Assembly (NCBI GenBank): GCA_035431765.1
Contig: DAOMJL010000002.1
Location: 1-56,093 of the forward strand
Origin: Spirochaetota bacterium
GTDB lineage: Bacteria; Spirochaetota; UBA4802; JAGODF01
Direction of reading: 5' to 3'
Length of the DNA stretch: 56,093 bases
A model generated the notes under the pieces. It searched no databases, was not told the origin of the DNA, and saw only the letters and a program-made list of their open reading frames with translations. Positions within the stretch are counted from its first letter, which is position 1. Every line of letters starts with the position of its first letter. This document shows positions 8,690 through 19,030 of the stretch, piece by piece. The translations under genes and the position numbers were made by a program.

Positions 8690-10140
8690 TGTTCATCGTC
8701 CCTCGATTTATGGTGTTGTGTGCTGTTCCCTGTGTATTTCATAATGAGAATACTGACATCATCCCGAAAGTTCTCACTACCGTTGAATTTCGTCAATTCT
8801 TTAAAAATATTTCTGCTCATGTCCTCCGGCGTATGATGAATGTTTTTTTGTATCATCGCGTAAAAGGCGTCGTCGCCCAGCATGACGTTGTCTTCCCCGA
8901 AGCATTCGGTGATGCCGTCAGTATAGAGGATCACGCTGTCGCCTTCATGTATTACTGCGCTTGCTTCTTCGTAGTTCGGCGGCATACTGTCTGCAATTAT
9001 CCGGCCCCGCGCGTTGACGAGTTCTATTTCACCGCTTTTTCTCGCAAGGATGAGAGGCGGGTGTCCCGCACTTGAGTAGATGAGAACGCCCGTTGTAAGG
9101 TCAATGGAGCAGATACCCGCGGTCACAAAGTGGGTTTCCATTTTCCCCACAAGAGAATGGTAAATGTTCAGCAATGTCTGTGACGGGCGGTCAACAGTTT
9201 CATTCCATCGGTTCAGGGACATCTTCACCATCGAAGATACAAGCGCCCCCGCGACGCCGTGCCCTGAGACGTCGCACACGAAAAGACCGACTTTCTTCTG
9301 TGTTTCATTGTAGATGATGTCAACAAAATCGCCCCCCACCTCCATCATGGGATTGTATTTGTATGATATCATCGCCTCGTCAAGGAGAGGAATGTCCCGT
9401 GGCAGAAGCGTTTTTTGTAATTCTCCCGCCATGACTATCTGATTTTCAAGCTGGTTCTTCTGGTCCTCGATGACATGCTGGTTCTTCTCGACCTGTCTGG
9501 ATTTCTGCCAGCTCACGAACCGGGTGTTGTTGAGAATGTAGATGAAACATGATATCACCACCGTGGTGCTGATGATATCGTTAATGCTGTACTGTGTCCG
9601 CAGGTTGGAAAGATTGATTTCTTTGAAGAAGATGATGCTGAAAAAGCATGCCAGGGATGCTCCGAGTATGCTGTACGCGGTGCTTCGCTGAAGAGGGGCA
9701 ACGGCGAGCACCATGAGGACAAAGAGATATCCTCCGATATAGGCGGGATCACCTCCGGTACACGCGGTAAGGATGCCCGTTGATATCTCGAGATACGCGC
9801 CGTACAGGGTAAGAAGTAAAAGGCTCCGTGAGCGAAACGGCTTCAGAAACCGTGAAAGAAACAGCAGAAGACCGATTACCGGGAATCCCACGCGGAGTGC
9901 GATGATTACAGGCTCATCAGGATGGAGCTGGAGATCGATGGGGATGTAGAACAGCCAGCCCAGGGTAATGAGGGAAGCAAATGTCATAATACGGCTGCTC
10001 TGAAAATTTAATTCCTCTTTAAATGTTTCTGGATACGAAGTCCTGTCTTCAACAAGTTTGATATTCGGCATAATTTTTCTGATAAAGTTCAATGAATGTA
10101 CCCCTGCGTTGCAGTTGATCACATATTTATTTAAGGACAT
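8635..10140 (-). CDS. Membrane-bound SpoIIE/PP2C-family serine phosphatase (multi-TM N-terminal sensor)
   Basis: The N-terminal half has multiple hydrophobic helices. The C-terminal half has PP2C motifs CDVSGHGVAGAL, LYTDGITE and DDVSILIM. ATG 10140 was chosen; the track's TTG at 10146 is also possible. The gene overlaps the upstream gene's stop. Confidence 0.88.
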   Translation of the reverse strand: MSLNKYVINCNAGVHSLNFIRKIMPNIKLVEDRTSYPETFKEELNFQSSRIMTFASLITLGWLFYIPIDLQLHPDEPVIIALRVGFPVIGLLLFLSRFLKPFRSRSLLLLTLYGAYLEISTGILTACTGGDPAYIGGYLFVLMVLAVAPLQRSTAYSILGASLACFFSIIFFKEINLSNLRTQYSINDIISTTVVISCFIYILNNTRFVSWQKSRQVEKNQHVIEDQKNQLENQIVMAGELQKTLLPRDIPLLDEAMISYKYNPMMEVGGDFVDIIYNETQKKVGLFVCDVSGHGVAGALVSSMVKMSLNRWNETVDRPSQTLLNIYHSLVGKMETHFVTAGICSIDLTTGVLIYSSAGHPPLILARKSGEIELVNARGRIIADSMPPNYEEASAVIHEGDSVILYTDGITECFGEDNVMLGDDAFYAMIQKNIHHTPEDMSRNIFKELTKFNGSENFRDDVSILIMKYTGNSTQHHKSRDDEQWNIQNTPLPEQSSKSIM

Positions 10141-13100
10141 CCGCAACTATCAGCGTCATATCATCGGAACCTTCATCTGAACCAGACCATTCCGCCATGT
10201 ACTGAAAGATCGATTTAAGAAAGTCCTTGCCTGTATGGTGTGCTGTTGCGGTGATATGGTCAAGGAACCGCTTCTCTCCAAACAGTTCCCCGTCGCGGTT
10301 CATGAGTTCAATGATGCCGTCAGTGTAGGCGATGATGCGGTCTCCCGGTTCGATGGTTTCTGTCATTACTTCCGTGCCGATATCCTCCATCCAGCCCATG
10401 ATTTTCCCGCGGGGATTCAGTTCAACAATTGAGCCGGTTTTTTTCCGGAACAGGAACACCGGCGGATGACCGGCGCTTACATAGTTCAGGGTGTGAGCTT
10501 TCATGTCAATCACAAGATATCCTGCCGACATGAGCTGGTTTTTGAAATTCCCGCCGAATATTGAATTTATCGCGGGAAGCATATCCGCCGGCGGTGTGCC
10601 GAGGTTCTTCTGGATGTAAAAGGCGATTTTCATCATGCCGGCAATAATCGCCGCAGGGATTCCATGTCCCGATGCGTCAGATATTAATATCCCCAGGGTG
10701 GAATCGTCAATATAATGAAAGTCATAAAAGTCACCGCTGACCGATTTCATGGGGAAATAACTGATGTTGATATCAAGGCCCTGGATGCCGGGGATTGATT
10801 CCGGAAGGGTGGATATCTGCAGTTCACGGGCAATCTCCAGCTCTCTCTGGAGGCTGATATATTTCTGCTGGGTGCTGACGGCGCTTTTCATGGTAAGCAG
10901 GGTGTCAATCCGTGCAAGCAGTTCGCTGCGGTCAAACGGTTTCTGCAGATAATCGTTTGCGCCGGATTTGAATCCCGTCACAATGTCATGGATCTGATTT
11001 TTGGCAGTGAGCATCAGGATCGGGAGTTCGTATATTTTTTTCTGTTTCCGCAGGGCCTTACACACTTCATAGCCGGACATGCGGGGCATCATTACATCAA
11101 GGAGGATCAGGTCTGTCTCCTGGTGGCTGCTGAAAAATTCCAATGCTTCATGACCGTTAACTGCTTTGTAAAAACGGTATTTTCTGCCTGTAAGGAGGTT
11201 CTCTAACACCTGAAGGTTTATGGGTTCATCGTCCACCGCGAGAATCGTGAATGTATCGCTGTTCGCGGAATTTTCCGGTGTGCTCCCGTTCTCGGGAATA
11301 ATCTGTGGAACACGGATTTGCAGGGGGGCAGCTAAGTCCGGTTTTTTCTTGTTCCCCTCGGATACAGGGATGCTGACGGCGTTAAGGGTATCCGTAAGGA
11401 CATGTCCCCGGGCCGCGGGAAGGGTAAAGGTGAATACCGACCCTTCTCCTACGGTGGAGTCGACTTGAATGGTTCCGCCCTGGAGCTCAATGAGCTGTTT
11501 GCTGATGCTGAGGCCGAGGCCCGTTCCCCCGTGTTCACGGGCAAGTGACTCCTCAAGCTGTTCAAAGGATTTGAATATCTCAGAAAATTTTTCACGGGGA
11601 ATGCCAATGCCGGTGTCGGCAATGGATATTTCAATCATTTCTGTCCGTGCAGCGTTCATTTCTGTCCGTGCATTGATCCGTATACTTCCATGGTCGGTAA
11701 ACTTGATGGCGTTTCCGATCAGGTTGTACAGTATCTGCTGGACCCGGTTCTCGTCGGCATAAACGAGGGGAATGGTCTTCGGTATTTCGTTTTTCAGGGC
11801 GATATCCTTCCCCATTACCATGGTCCTGAGCAGGCTGATGACAATTTCGGCAACCTGGTGAATATCAACAGGACGGAGCTTCAGCATCACCTCATTGTTT
11901 TTGAGTTTCGAATAGTCCAGTATGTCATTGATCAGGCTTGAGAGCCTTTTGCCCGATGATACGATGAGGGAGAGGTTGTGCAGTGTCGCATCGGGAAGCG
12001 TGCCCGATACGCCGTCAATGAGGGATTCCGCTATCCCGATAATTCCATTGAGGGGCGTCCGTAATTCGTGTGAAGTGTTTGCGAGGAAGTCATCCTTTAT
12101 TTTGTCAATGCGGGTGAGTGTCTGGTTTTTTTCCTCAAGCTCCACATTCAGGCGGTCAGTCTCTTTATGGACATAGGAAAACTTGTATGCCATTGCGAAT
12201 GCCATGCTTATTATTATGGTGACAAATCCCATCTCGGTGTTGATTTCCAGGTCAATGATGCTTAAATAGGAAAGCATCCCCGCCACGAGGAACACAATGT
12301 AGAGTACAATGCTGGTGAGCAGAATTTTATTTTCAAAACCATGGTTCCTGAAATTTTTGATCGCAAGGTAGAGGCAGTAAAAAATAAAGAGCAGTATATT
12401 GATCAGGATTACCGGGACAATATATTTCCAGTACAAACCGTACCATGGGAACCAGACGCCGCTGTCATACCATATCCCGGCAAAAATTACCGTAAGAAGA
12501 ACCGCGAAGAGTGCGGACATCGCAATTCCCGCAGCTTTGACCCATCGGATGCTGTCGTTGTAAAAACGGTGGAAAAAGTCCATGAGACAAACCGGATATA
12601 CCGCCTGGACAAAGGTGTTGATATACAGGTTGATCCAGTTGTCGTCAATAATCCAGAAACCCACAGTTTTCAGGGTGATCTGCTGGAGCCCCGTGAGGAT
12701 AGAAAGTATGCCGAAGGACAAATAATGCGTTTCTTTTTTTCTCCACAGATAGAGGAGGATATAATAGAAACCGACGAAGATGAATATGCCGAACAAAAAT
12801 GAGGTGCGGATAAGATACCGGTAAAAGAGGTCATCGATAAGATTTACGGCGCCGATGTAAAATTCCGGAAACGCGAAACCCCCGATCCCTCCTGCGCCGG
12901 CAATGCGGAACGCCAGAACATTGGGCCTGTCATAGCGCACAAGATGCTTCGGGAGCGTGTATACGTTGTTTCTGCTGTTTGACCTGATGAGCATTCCGCT
13001 TTCAGAAATTTCTCCTCTCCCGCCGATAAGGGAGCCGTTCAGATATATCTCCACCGCGTGATCAATGTAGGGGGTCATGATTTTCAGGTCTTCGCCGGTA

Positions 13101-13384
13101 TGTCGGGGACCAAGGGTGAACCGCATCCGGTACCATGCGGTTCCGTCATACTTGTAGCCGTGAATATGCCATCCCCCGGGGACGCGGATTTTGTCCCACT
13201 GTGAATCATCATGTTCGGGGCGTGCGTATTCCGGCGAGTCCCCTGTCTTAAAGAGCCACATGCCGGCAAGATGAGAGACTTCGGTCCGGTCGTTTAAGAA
13301 CACATGACCATCAACGACCTCCGCGGAAACTGGGGCTGCCGTTGCGATAATAACAATCAATGCTATGTTTCGCAGTATTTTCAT
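10127..13384 (-). CDS. Fusion sensor: 7TMR-DISM extracellular and 7TM modules, histidine kinase, receiver, SpoIIE/PP2C phosphatase
   Basis: 1085 aa. Modules in order: signal peptide; galactose-binding-like ectodomain (WDKIRVPGGWH...GTAWYRMRF); about 7 TM helices; H-box SHELRTPLNGIIG; N/G boxes NLIGNAIKFT, DTGIGI, GGTGLGLSI; receiver ILAVDDEP...LLDVMMPRMSG...LTAK; PP2C ISDASGHGIPAAI, AYTDGIIE, DDMTLIV. Confidence 0.93.
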   Translation of the reverse strand: MKILRNIALIVIIATAAPVSAEVVDGHVFLNDRTEVSHLAGMWLFKTGDSPEYARPEHDDSQWDKIRVPGGWHIHGYKYDGTAWYRMRFTLGPRHTGEDLKIMTPYIDHAVEIYLNGSLIGGRGEISESGMLIRSNSRNNVYTLPKHLVRYDRPNVLAFRIAGAGGIGGFAFPEFYIGAVNLIDDLFYRYLIRTSFLFGIFIFVGFYYILLYLWRKKETHYLSFGILSILTGLQQITLKTVGFWIIDDNWINLYINTFVQAVYPVCLMDFFHRFYNDSIRWVKAAGIAMSALFAVLLTVIFAGIWYDSGVWFPWYGLYWKYIVPVILINILLFIFYCLYLAIKNFRNHGFENKILLTSIVLYIVFLVAGMLSYLSIIDLEINTEMGFVTIIISMAFAMAYKFSYVHKETDRLNVELEEKNQTLTRIDKIKDDFLANTSHELRTPLNGIIGIAESLIDGVSGTLPDATLHNLSLIVSSGKRLSSLINDILDYSKLKNNEVMLKLRPVDIHQVAEIVISLLRTMVMGKDIALKNEIPKTIPLVYADENRVQQILYNLIGNAIKFTDHGSIRINARTEMNAARTEMIEISIADTGIGIPREKFSEIFKSFEQLEESLAREHGGTGLGLSISKQLIELQGGTIQVDSTVGEGSVFTFTLPAARGHVLTDTLNAVSIPVSEGNKKKPDLAAPLQIRVPQIIPENGSTPENSANSDTFTILAVDDEPINLQVLENLLTGRKYRFYKAVNGHEALEFFSSHQETDLILLDVMMPRMSGYEVCKALRKQKKIYELPILMLTAKNQIHDIVTGFKSGANDYLQKPFDRSELLARIDTLLTMKSAVSTQQKYISLQRELEIARELQISTLPESIPGIQGLDINISYFPMKSVSGDFYDFHYIDDSTLGILISDASGHGIPAAIIAGMMKIAFYIQKNLGTPPADMLPAINSIFGGNFKNQLMSAGYLVIDMKAHTLNYVSAGHPPVFLFRKKTGSIVELNPRGKIMGWMEDIGTEVMTETIEPGDRIIAYTDGIIELMNRDGELFGEKRFLDHITATAHHTGKDFLKSIFQYMAEWSGSDEGSDDMTLIVADVLK
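11635..11672. repeat. In-frame 21-bp tandem duplication inside the kinase ATPase domain
   Basis: tcatttctgtccgtgca occurs at 11635-11651 and again at 11656-11672 (period 21). It encodes ARTEMNA/ARTEMIE. Confidence 0.8.
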
Positions 13385-13401
13385 CAGTTTCGCATGGATT
13401 T

Positions 13402-14283
13402 TTATATGTTCCTTCCTGGTTCCGGAAGGTCCGGAACCAGAGGAAAAATTGAACGAATAAAGGCAACACGGTATCCGCTCATCGCGAGCAGTGTCACCGT
13501 GGGAAGATAAAAAATCCAGACAAGTATCCCGATAATCGAGCGCAGGGTAAAGGGGATCATGAGGGTGATGTCTCTGATCGTGGCGGTACCGCCTCCTGCG
13601 ACAAGCTCCCCTGAGGCGATGTCGGTGCTGAGGCCGATCGATTTCACGAAGAGGCTGTGTCCCGATTGCCCCAGTGAATTGTACAGTCCCACATTGAGAT
13701 CGCAGAAGAAAAATGAAACCATTGCAACGGCAATCATGATATCAATGGTCCGGGGATAAAAGGTCCTCCAGATTGTTCCAATTCCCATCCATATACTGGT
13801 GGTGAGGGTAAGGGTGTAAAGGAGGACCGGGAAAAATATTCCCGCCTTCCACAGGGCAGGGGTAATAAATACGAATATAATCCCCACCGGCGTGAATATG
13901 GATATCATTGATATCGCTTCCTTCCGGTTCCAGGTAAATCCCCGGCTATGCCGTGTGATGTAGACGATCTGCATGAAAAAAAAGAAAATAAGGGCAACCT
14001 GAAATTTTCCGAGAATACCCACGCAAAGATCCCCTGCGGCATGAAGCAGCAGCGCTCCCTGCAGGAGCACGCGGTCTTTTTTATCATGGCAGTCTTCCCC
14101 GATAATCAGCGTGAGAACAAGGCAGAGCAGGATGGAGCAGTATTTGCATATACGGGAATAGATGTTGTCGGAGTCGCCGGTGAAAATATCAGCGGTTATA
14201 AAAGAGGAATACGCCGCAACCAGCAGTACCAGGATTGTGAATACCATAATGCGTTTTTTGTTTCCGGTGAATACGGTTTCCAT
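13402..14283 (-). CDS. Polytopic membrane protein, possibly YhhN (lysoplasmalogenase) family
   Basis: 293 aa with about 8 hydrophobic helices. A strong SD (GGAGGAGG) lies 6 nt upstream of ATG 14283. The YhhN-like blocks HAAGDLCVG...FFFMQIVYI and SFFFCDLNVGL are only a by-eye resemblance. Confidence 0.75.
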   Translation of the reverse strand: METVFTGNKKRIMVFTILVLLVAAYSSFITADIFTGDSDNIYSRICKYCSILLCLVLTLIIGEDCHDKKDRVLLQGALLLHAAGDLCVGILGKFQVALIFFFFMQIVYITRHSRGFTWNRKEAISMISIFTPVGIIFVFITPALWKAGIFFPVLLYTLTLTTSIWMGIGTIWRTFYPRTIDIMIAVAMVSFFFCDLNVGLYNSLGQSGHSLFVKSIGLSTDIASGELVAGGGTATIRDITLMIPFTLRSIIGILVWIFYLPTVTLLAMSGYRVAFIRSIFPLVPDLPEPGRNI

Positions 14284-14336
14284 ATCGCACCTCCTCCATG
14301 TTTTCCCGGTACAGTGCTTCTGAGGGATGGAATAAA

Positions 14337-15260
14337 TCAGCTGACAGCGGTACTCTTCATTGCCTTCACAAATATATAATCAACCATCTTTTTCCGGTAT
14401 ACAAGGCCAAGAAGCCAGGAGATAAAGGTTATACCAATTCCAAGAGCAATGCCCCTTGTGGCAATCGCATTCCAGATAGAACGCAGTCTCGTATTGTACC
14501 TGGAAAAACCCGGATATACCATGTTTCCGATTGTGTGTATACACTCAACGGTAAAGCCATTTTCTTCAAGTTGTTTTCGGTATTCCTCAGCATTAATCCA
14601 GTTTTTCAGAGGCATGTGCCATGATTTTGAGCATGCGACCCCAATTGCCCGTTTTAAGCGGCTGGCCATGAAATTCTGGTGGTTGATGATTATGTCAGTG
14701 AGGAGGAGCATCCCTCCGGGCTTCAGAAGTCTTCTGCACTCCGAGAAAAATTTTTCCCTGGTATTGAAATGTGCGGGGCCCTCAATGCCGACGATGTGAG
14801 AAAACAGTTCGCCGGAAAATGTTGTCCGGCAGGCGTCCATTTTCTGGAATTTAATTTTATCATCAAGATTATTGTCGCAGGCGCACCGCTGCGCGACGCG
14901 GATATGCGCGTCGGTGATATCAATTGCGTGGATCGAACGGGGCTGCACGCTGTTGAAGATTTCTATTGTTTCAGTGCCATACCCGCAGACGACATTGAGG
15001 ATGTTTTCGGCATTTTGTATCTGTGATACTTCAAGTACATAGGCGAGAAGCCTTTTTGATGAATCACAATAATCAATAGTATCGTCATCCCATAATCCGA
15101 ATGAGAGGAAGCCGCTGGCTTCACCGGAACGCTTTTCTGATCCGTGGGAATAAAACCGCTCCACCCGGTCTTCATGCGAGAGACCGGTGCTTCCGGAAGC
15201 TGAATCTCCGGTGATGTCCTGCGGGGAAAATCCGTTTTCAGAGAGATCACTGGTTTGCAT
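14337..15260 (-). CDS. Class I SAM-dependent methyltransferase with C-terminal membrane helix
   Basis: Variant motif I is LNVVCGYGTETIE and the post-II motif is LKPGGMLLLTD. The C-terminal hydrophobic segment is GIALGIGITFISWLLGLVY. ATG 15260 is preferred because AGGAAAGGG lies 6 nt upstream; the track start is 15278. Either start overlaps the kinase stop. Confidence 0.8.
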   Translation of the reverse strand: MQTSDLSENGFSPQDITGDSASGSTGLSHEDRVERFYSHGSEKRSGEASGFLSFGLWDDDTIDYCDSSKRLLAYVLEVSQIQNAENILNVVCGYGTETIEIFNSVQPRSIHAIDITDAHIRVAQRCACDNNLDDKIKFQKMDACRTTFSGELFSHIVGIEGPAHFNTREKFFSECRRLLKPGGMLLLTDIIINHQNFMASRLKRAIGVACSKSWHMPLKNWINAEEYRKQLEENGFTVECIHTIGNMVYPGFSRYNTRLRSIWNAIATRGIALGIGITFISWLLGLVYRKKMVDYIFVKAMKSTAVS

Positions 15261-15690
15261 TTCCTGCCCTTTCCTCATCCAGGATTATTGTTATTTCATT
15301 TCCCTCTTCGTTCCAGCGGGCCTGACCGAAATTTTTTATCAGATGCAGGCCCCTTCCCCCTGGTCGGGTAACATTGTCAGGGGACCGGGGGTCCCTGACT
15401 GACTTCGGTGAAAAACCTTCGCCCTCATCACGGACAGTTATGGTGAGAGTTTTATCAGATGGAGTAATGGCGATGTGAATCCTTTTGCCGGAATCGCCGG
15501 CATTCCCATGGTGAAGAGAATTCTGAAGTGCTTCATCCAATGTCAGCCTGAAAAAATACTCATCAATACCGAGGCACAATCCGTCCTGCCGGATTTTTCT
15601 GTGGAACCGGATGGCCTCTTCAATAAAAATGTCCGCATCCCGCTGCGTGGAAGGGATGGTTTTCCGAATTTCCTGCACTGAATTTTTCAT
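15247..15690 (-). CDS. Anti-sigma-factor-type serine kinase (RsbW/SpoIIAB-like, HATPase_c_2)
   Basis: 147 aa with N-box EALQNSLHHGN, G1 RDEGEGF and G2 GGRGLHLIKNF. The size and motif order are typical of partner-switching kinases. Confidence 0.82.
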   Translation of the reverse strand: MKNSVQEIRKTIPSTQRDADIFIEEAIRFHRKIRQDGLCLGIDEYFFRLTLDEALQNSLHHGNAGDSGKRIHIAITPSDKTLTITVRDEGEGFSPKSVRDPRSPDNVTRPGGRGLHLIKNFGQARWNEEGNEITIILDEERAGNANQ

Positions 15691-15868
15691 TTTTATATTT
15701 AATAAAAAATATGAACAAGTATTTAATATTTGTTTTGTTAAATTACCACTAACGGATTATTAAATCAATCACTTTTTATTTTGAAATAATTATATGGACA
15801 TTTTTTGAATGTATACGGTATACTATTTTTTCTCCCGGTTCGGGAATTGCGGCGACATTAATATTTTC

Positions 15869-15898
15869 TTGACGGTGTGTGTCGATATCGAAAATAAT
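15869..15898 (+). promoter_or_regulatory. Candidate sigma70-type promoter for leuB (TTGACG-18-AATAAT)
   Basis: The hexamers were read directly. An AGGAG SD precedes ATG 15946. Confidence 0.35.
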
Positions 15899-15930
15899 GT
15901 CGCTCTTTGTTGTATGTGCCATATTGATAG

Positions 15931-17013
<1,083 letters not shown>

Positions 17014-17028
17014 CATATATGAGGGCCG

Positions 17029-18027
17029 TTAAAAGCTCTGCAGCTTTTCATGTGTAAGGGTGCAGCGGCCCTCTCTTCTCTCCCGGTACCACCTGTAGTA
17101 GTTCAGGTCATTGGCGGGAACCATAATACAGTTCCTGTGGTCATAGTAGTCTTTGAAGTGATTTAAGAGATGGCCGAACTCATGGGTGGAATACAGGGCA
17201 ATTACCCTGGCCTTCTCTGCGCCGGGGATTTTTTCTTTCCGCTCTTTCACGAAAAATTTGTCCTGTGAAAGAAACGGGAAGGTAAACATTATTCCCGCCC
17301 CTTTATAGCTGTTGTGATTATTTCCAGTAACCATTCCCGTGGTGATTCCGTAGCGGAGCACCACATAAATCGGGATGTCGGTTTCCGCATCCGCCATAAT
17401 GGTGTTGGTGAAGACGAAATCCGCTTTCTGCAGATGGCGCAGGGCCATTTCCCAGAAAGGATAGGTCAGGGTGTCTTTGTATGCCGATGAATGCAGGGCA
17501 GTGCCGTCAGCGGTACGGATTCCCTGAATCGCCTGAAGTTTTGCCATATATTGCGTGTACAGGTGTTCCGTAAGTCTTCTGGGGTCTTTGTACGCAGCGT
17601 AATCCGGCACGTAGGATGCCAGTATCTTTTTATCTGTTCTGTGAACAAGGGTGCGGATATAGTCCCTGAGCCTGCGGCGGTCAGTATCTGTGGTTATATC
17701 AAGGAGGCCCTGTTTCAGCACCTTCATGTCGTCGAGGTTTTCAATGAATGCCATGTCCTGCCTGAACCGCAGAAGATCAATGTCGGGGACCCGGGTGAAG
17801 CGCGCATCATATCCGAGATACTCCTTGATGTAGGCCTGCAGGTGCCGCAGCATGTCATTGAATTCACTGTCGGACAACCGGGGGAGCCGGGGATCAAGTA
17901 TTCTGATTATACGTACCTCGTGGATGCGGTCAGAGGGAATGTCACGCAGCGCCTGCTCCCCTGCCATGCAGCTGAGATGGACCGCACATATCAGCAAAAA
18001 TACTGTTCTGGTAACTTTCCTGCTCAT
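17029..18027 (-). CDS. Hypothetical exported protein with HExxH zinc-peptidase-like motif
   Basis: Motif STHEFGHLLNH...HRNCIM lies near the C-terminus. The start was trimmed to MSRKVTRTVFLLICAVHLSC (signal/lipoprotein-like); the track start is 18099. Confidence 0.6.
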   Translation of the reverse strand: MSRKVTRTVFLLICAVHLSCMAGEQALRDIPSDRIHEVRIIRILDPRLPRLSDSEFNDMLRHLQAYIKEYLGYDARFTRVPDIDLLRFRQDMAFIENLDDMKVLKQGLLDITTDTDRRRLRDYIRTLVHRTDKKILASYVPDYAAYKDPRRLTEHLYTQYMAKLQAIQGIRTADGTALHSSAYKDTLTYPFWEMALRHLQKADFVFTNTIMADAETDIPIYVVLRYGITTGMVTGNNHNSYKGAGIMFTFPFLSQDKFFVKERKEKIPGAEKARVIALYSTHEFGHLLNHFKDYYDHRNCIMVPANDLNYYRWYRERREGRCTLTHEKLQSF

Positions 18028-18277
18028 AAAGTAAACCGCTATCCTGGTTACGAACAGATCATGACGGAAATCTCCCCGTAAAAATTTCATGCTGCTCAAA
18101 TGATGAGGTGAACCGGCAACGCTGCCGTCTAATGTATATACTATGAGGAAAATCCGGCGGTGTCAATTATTTTTGATAGACAAAAAGAAAGGTTTTTTAC
18201 TATTATATGCTGCGATGTATCCTCCCGTTTGTATATCGTGGAGTTATTCACTGCATAGTATGGGATGTATAACGAAT

Positions 18278-19030
18278 ATGAAAAATTCCCCTGTTGTAAC
18301 GCTGGTCCTTTTTGTTCTATGTGCTTTCTGCTGTCCGGCATGCTCAACAATGAGTAACCATGAATGTCTTGAGCAGAACAGGCAGCTCAAGTCGGAAAAT
18401 GCTCTGATGTCGGGAAGCCTGAAAATGCTGAAACGTGAGAACAGTGTAATCCGCGAGGAAAATATCGACTACAAAAGAAGCCTCAGTCAGAATGTTGCCC
18501 GTGTGGAATCACTTGAATCGGAAAACCGTTCAATAAAGGAAAAGCATGCGCGGGATATCGCTCTCTGGAAAAACCGATATGCCGGCGCGGTGGCGGAAGG
18601 CGCCATTCTTAAAAAAGAAAGCTCAGAAAAGATCAGGGAACTGACCGAACTGAAAAACACCATCGAGGCGCGGCTCAGCGCCGATATTGCAGGACTGAAT
18701 GAGGCACTCCGGAAAAGTGAACAGGACCGTGGGAAAGAACGGGAAGATTTAAAAAAGCAGCTTGCGGACCGCGAATACGTGCTCTCTAATGAAATTGAGG
18801 TGCTAAAAAAAGCCATTGCCGCGAAGGAAGGAGAAGTCGCGGACCTTGCTGAGAAAAACAGAGAGCTGGCGATGAAGGTAAAAGAAGCGCAGGATCGCCT
18901 GGAGGTCCTCCTCAGGGAAAAAAGTAATTCCGAAAATTCCATACAGTCCCTGAATGAACAGCTGCAGCAGCAGAAAAAATTGACTGAAGAAGCGCTGAAG
19001 AGTTCCAATAATGAAACGAAAGCGCCCTGA
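18278..19030 (+). CDS. Coiled-coil lipoprotein (hypothetical)
   Basis: ATG 18278 gives the signal MKNSPVVTLVLFVLCAFCCPAC. About 200 aa of heptad-like E/K/L-rich sequence follows. The track's upstream extension lacks signal features. Confidence 0.65.
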   Translation: MKNSPVVTLVLFVLCAFCCPACSTMSNHECLEQNRQLKSENALMSGSLKMLKRENSVIREENIDYKRSLSQNVARVESLESENRSIKEKHARDIALWKNRYAGAVAEGAILKKESSEKIRELTELKNTIEARLSADIAGLNEALRKSEQDRGKEREDLKKQLADREYVLSNEIEVLKKAIAAKEGEVADLAEKNRELAMKVKEAQDRLEVLLREKSNSENSIQSLNEQLQQQKKLTEEALKSSNNETKAP

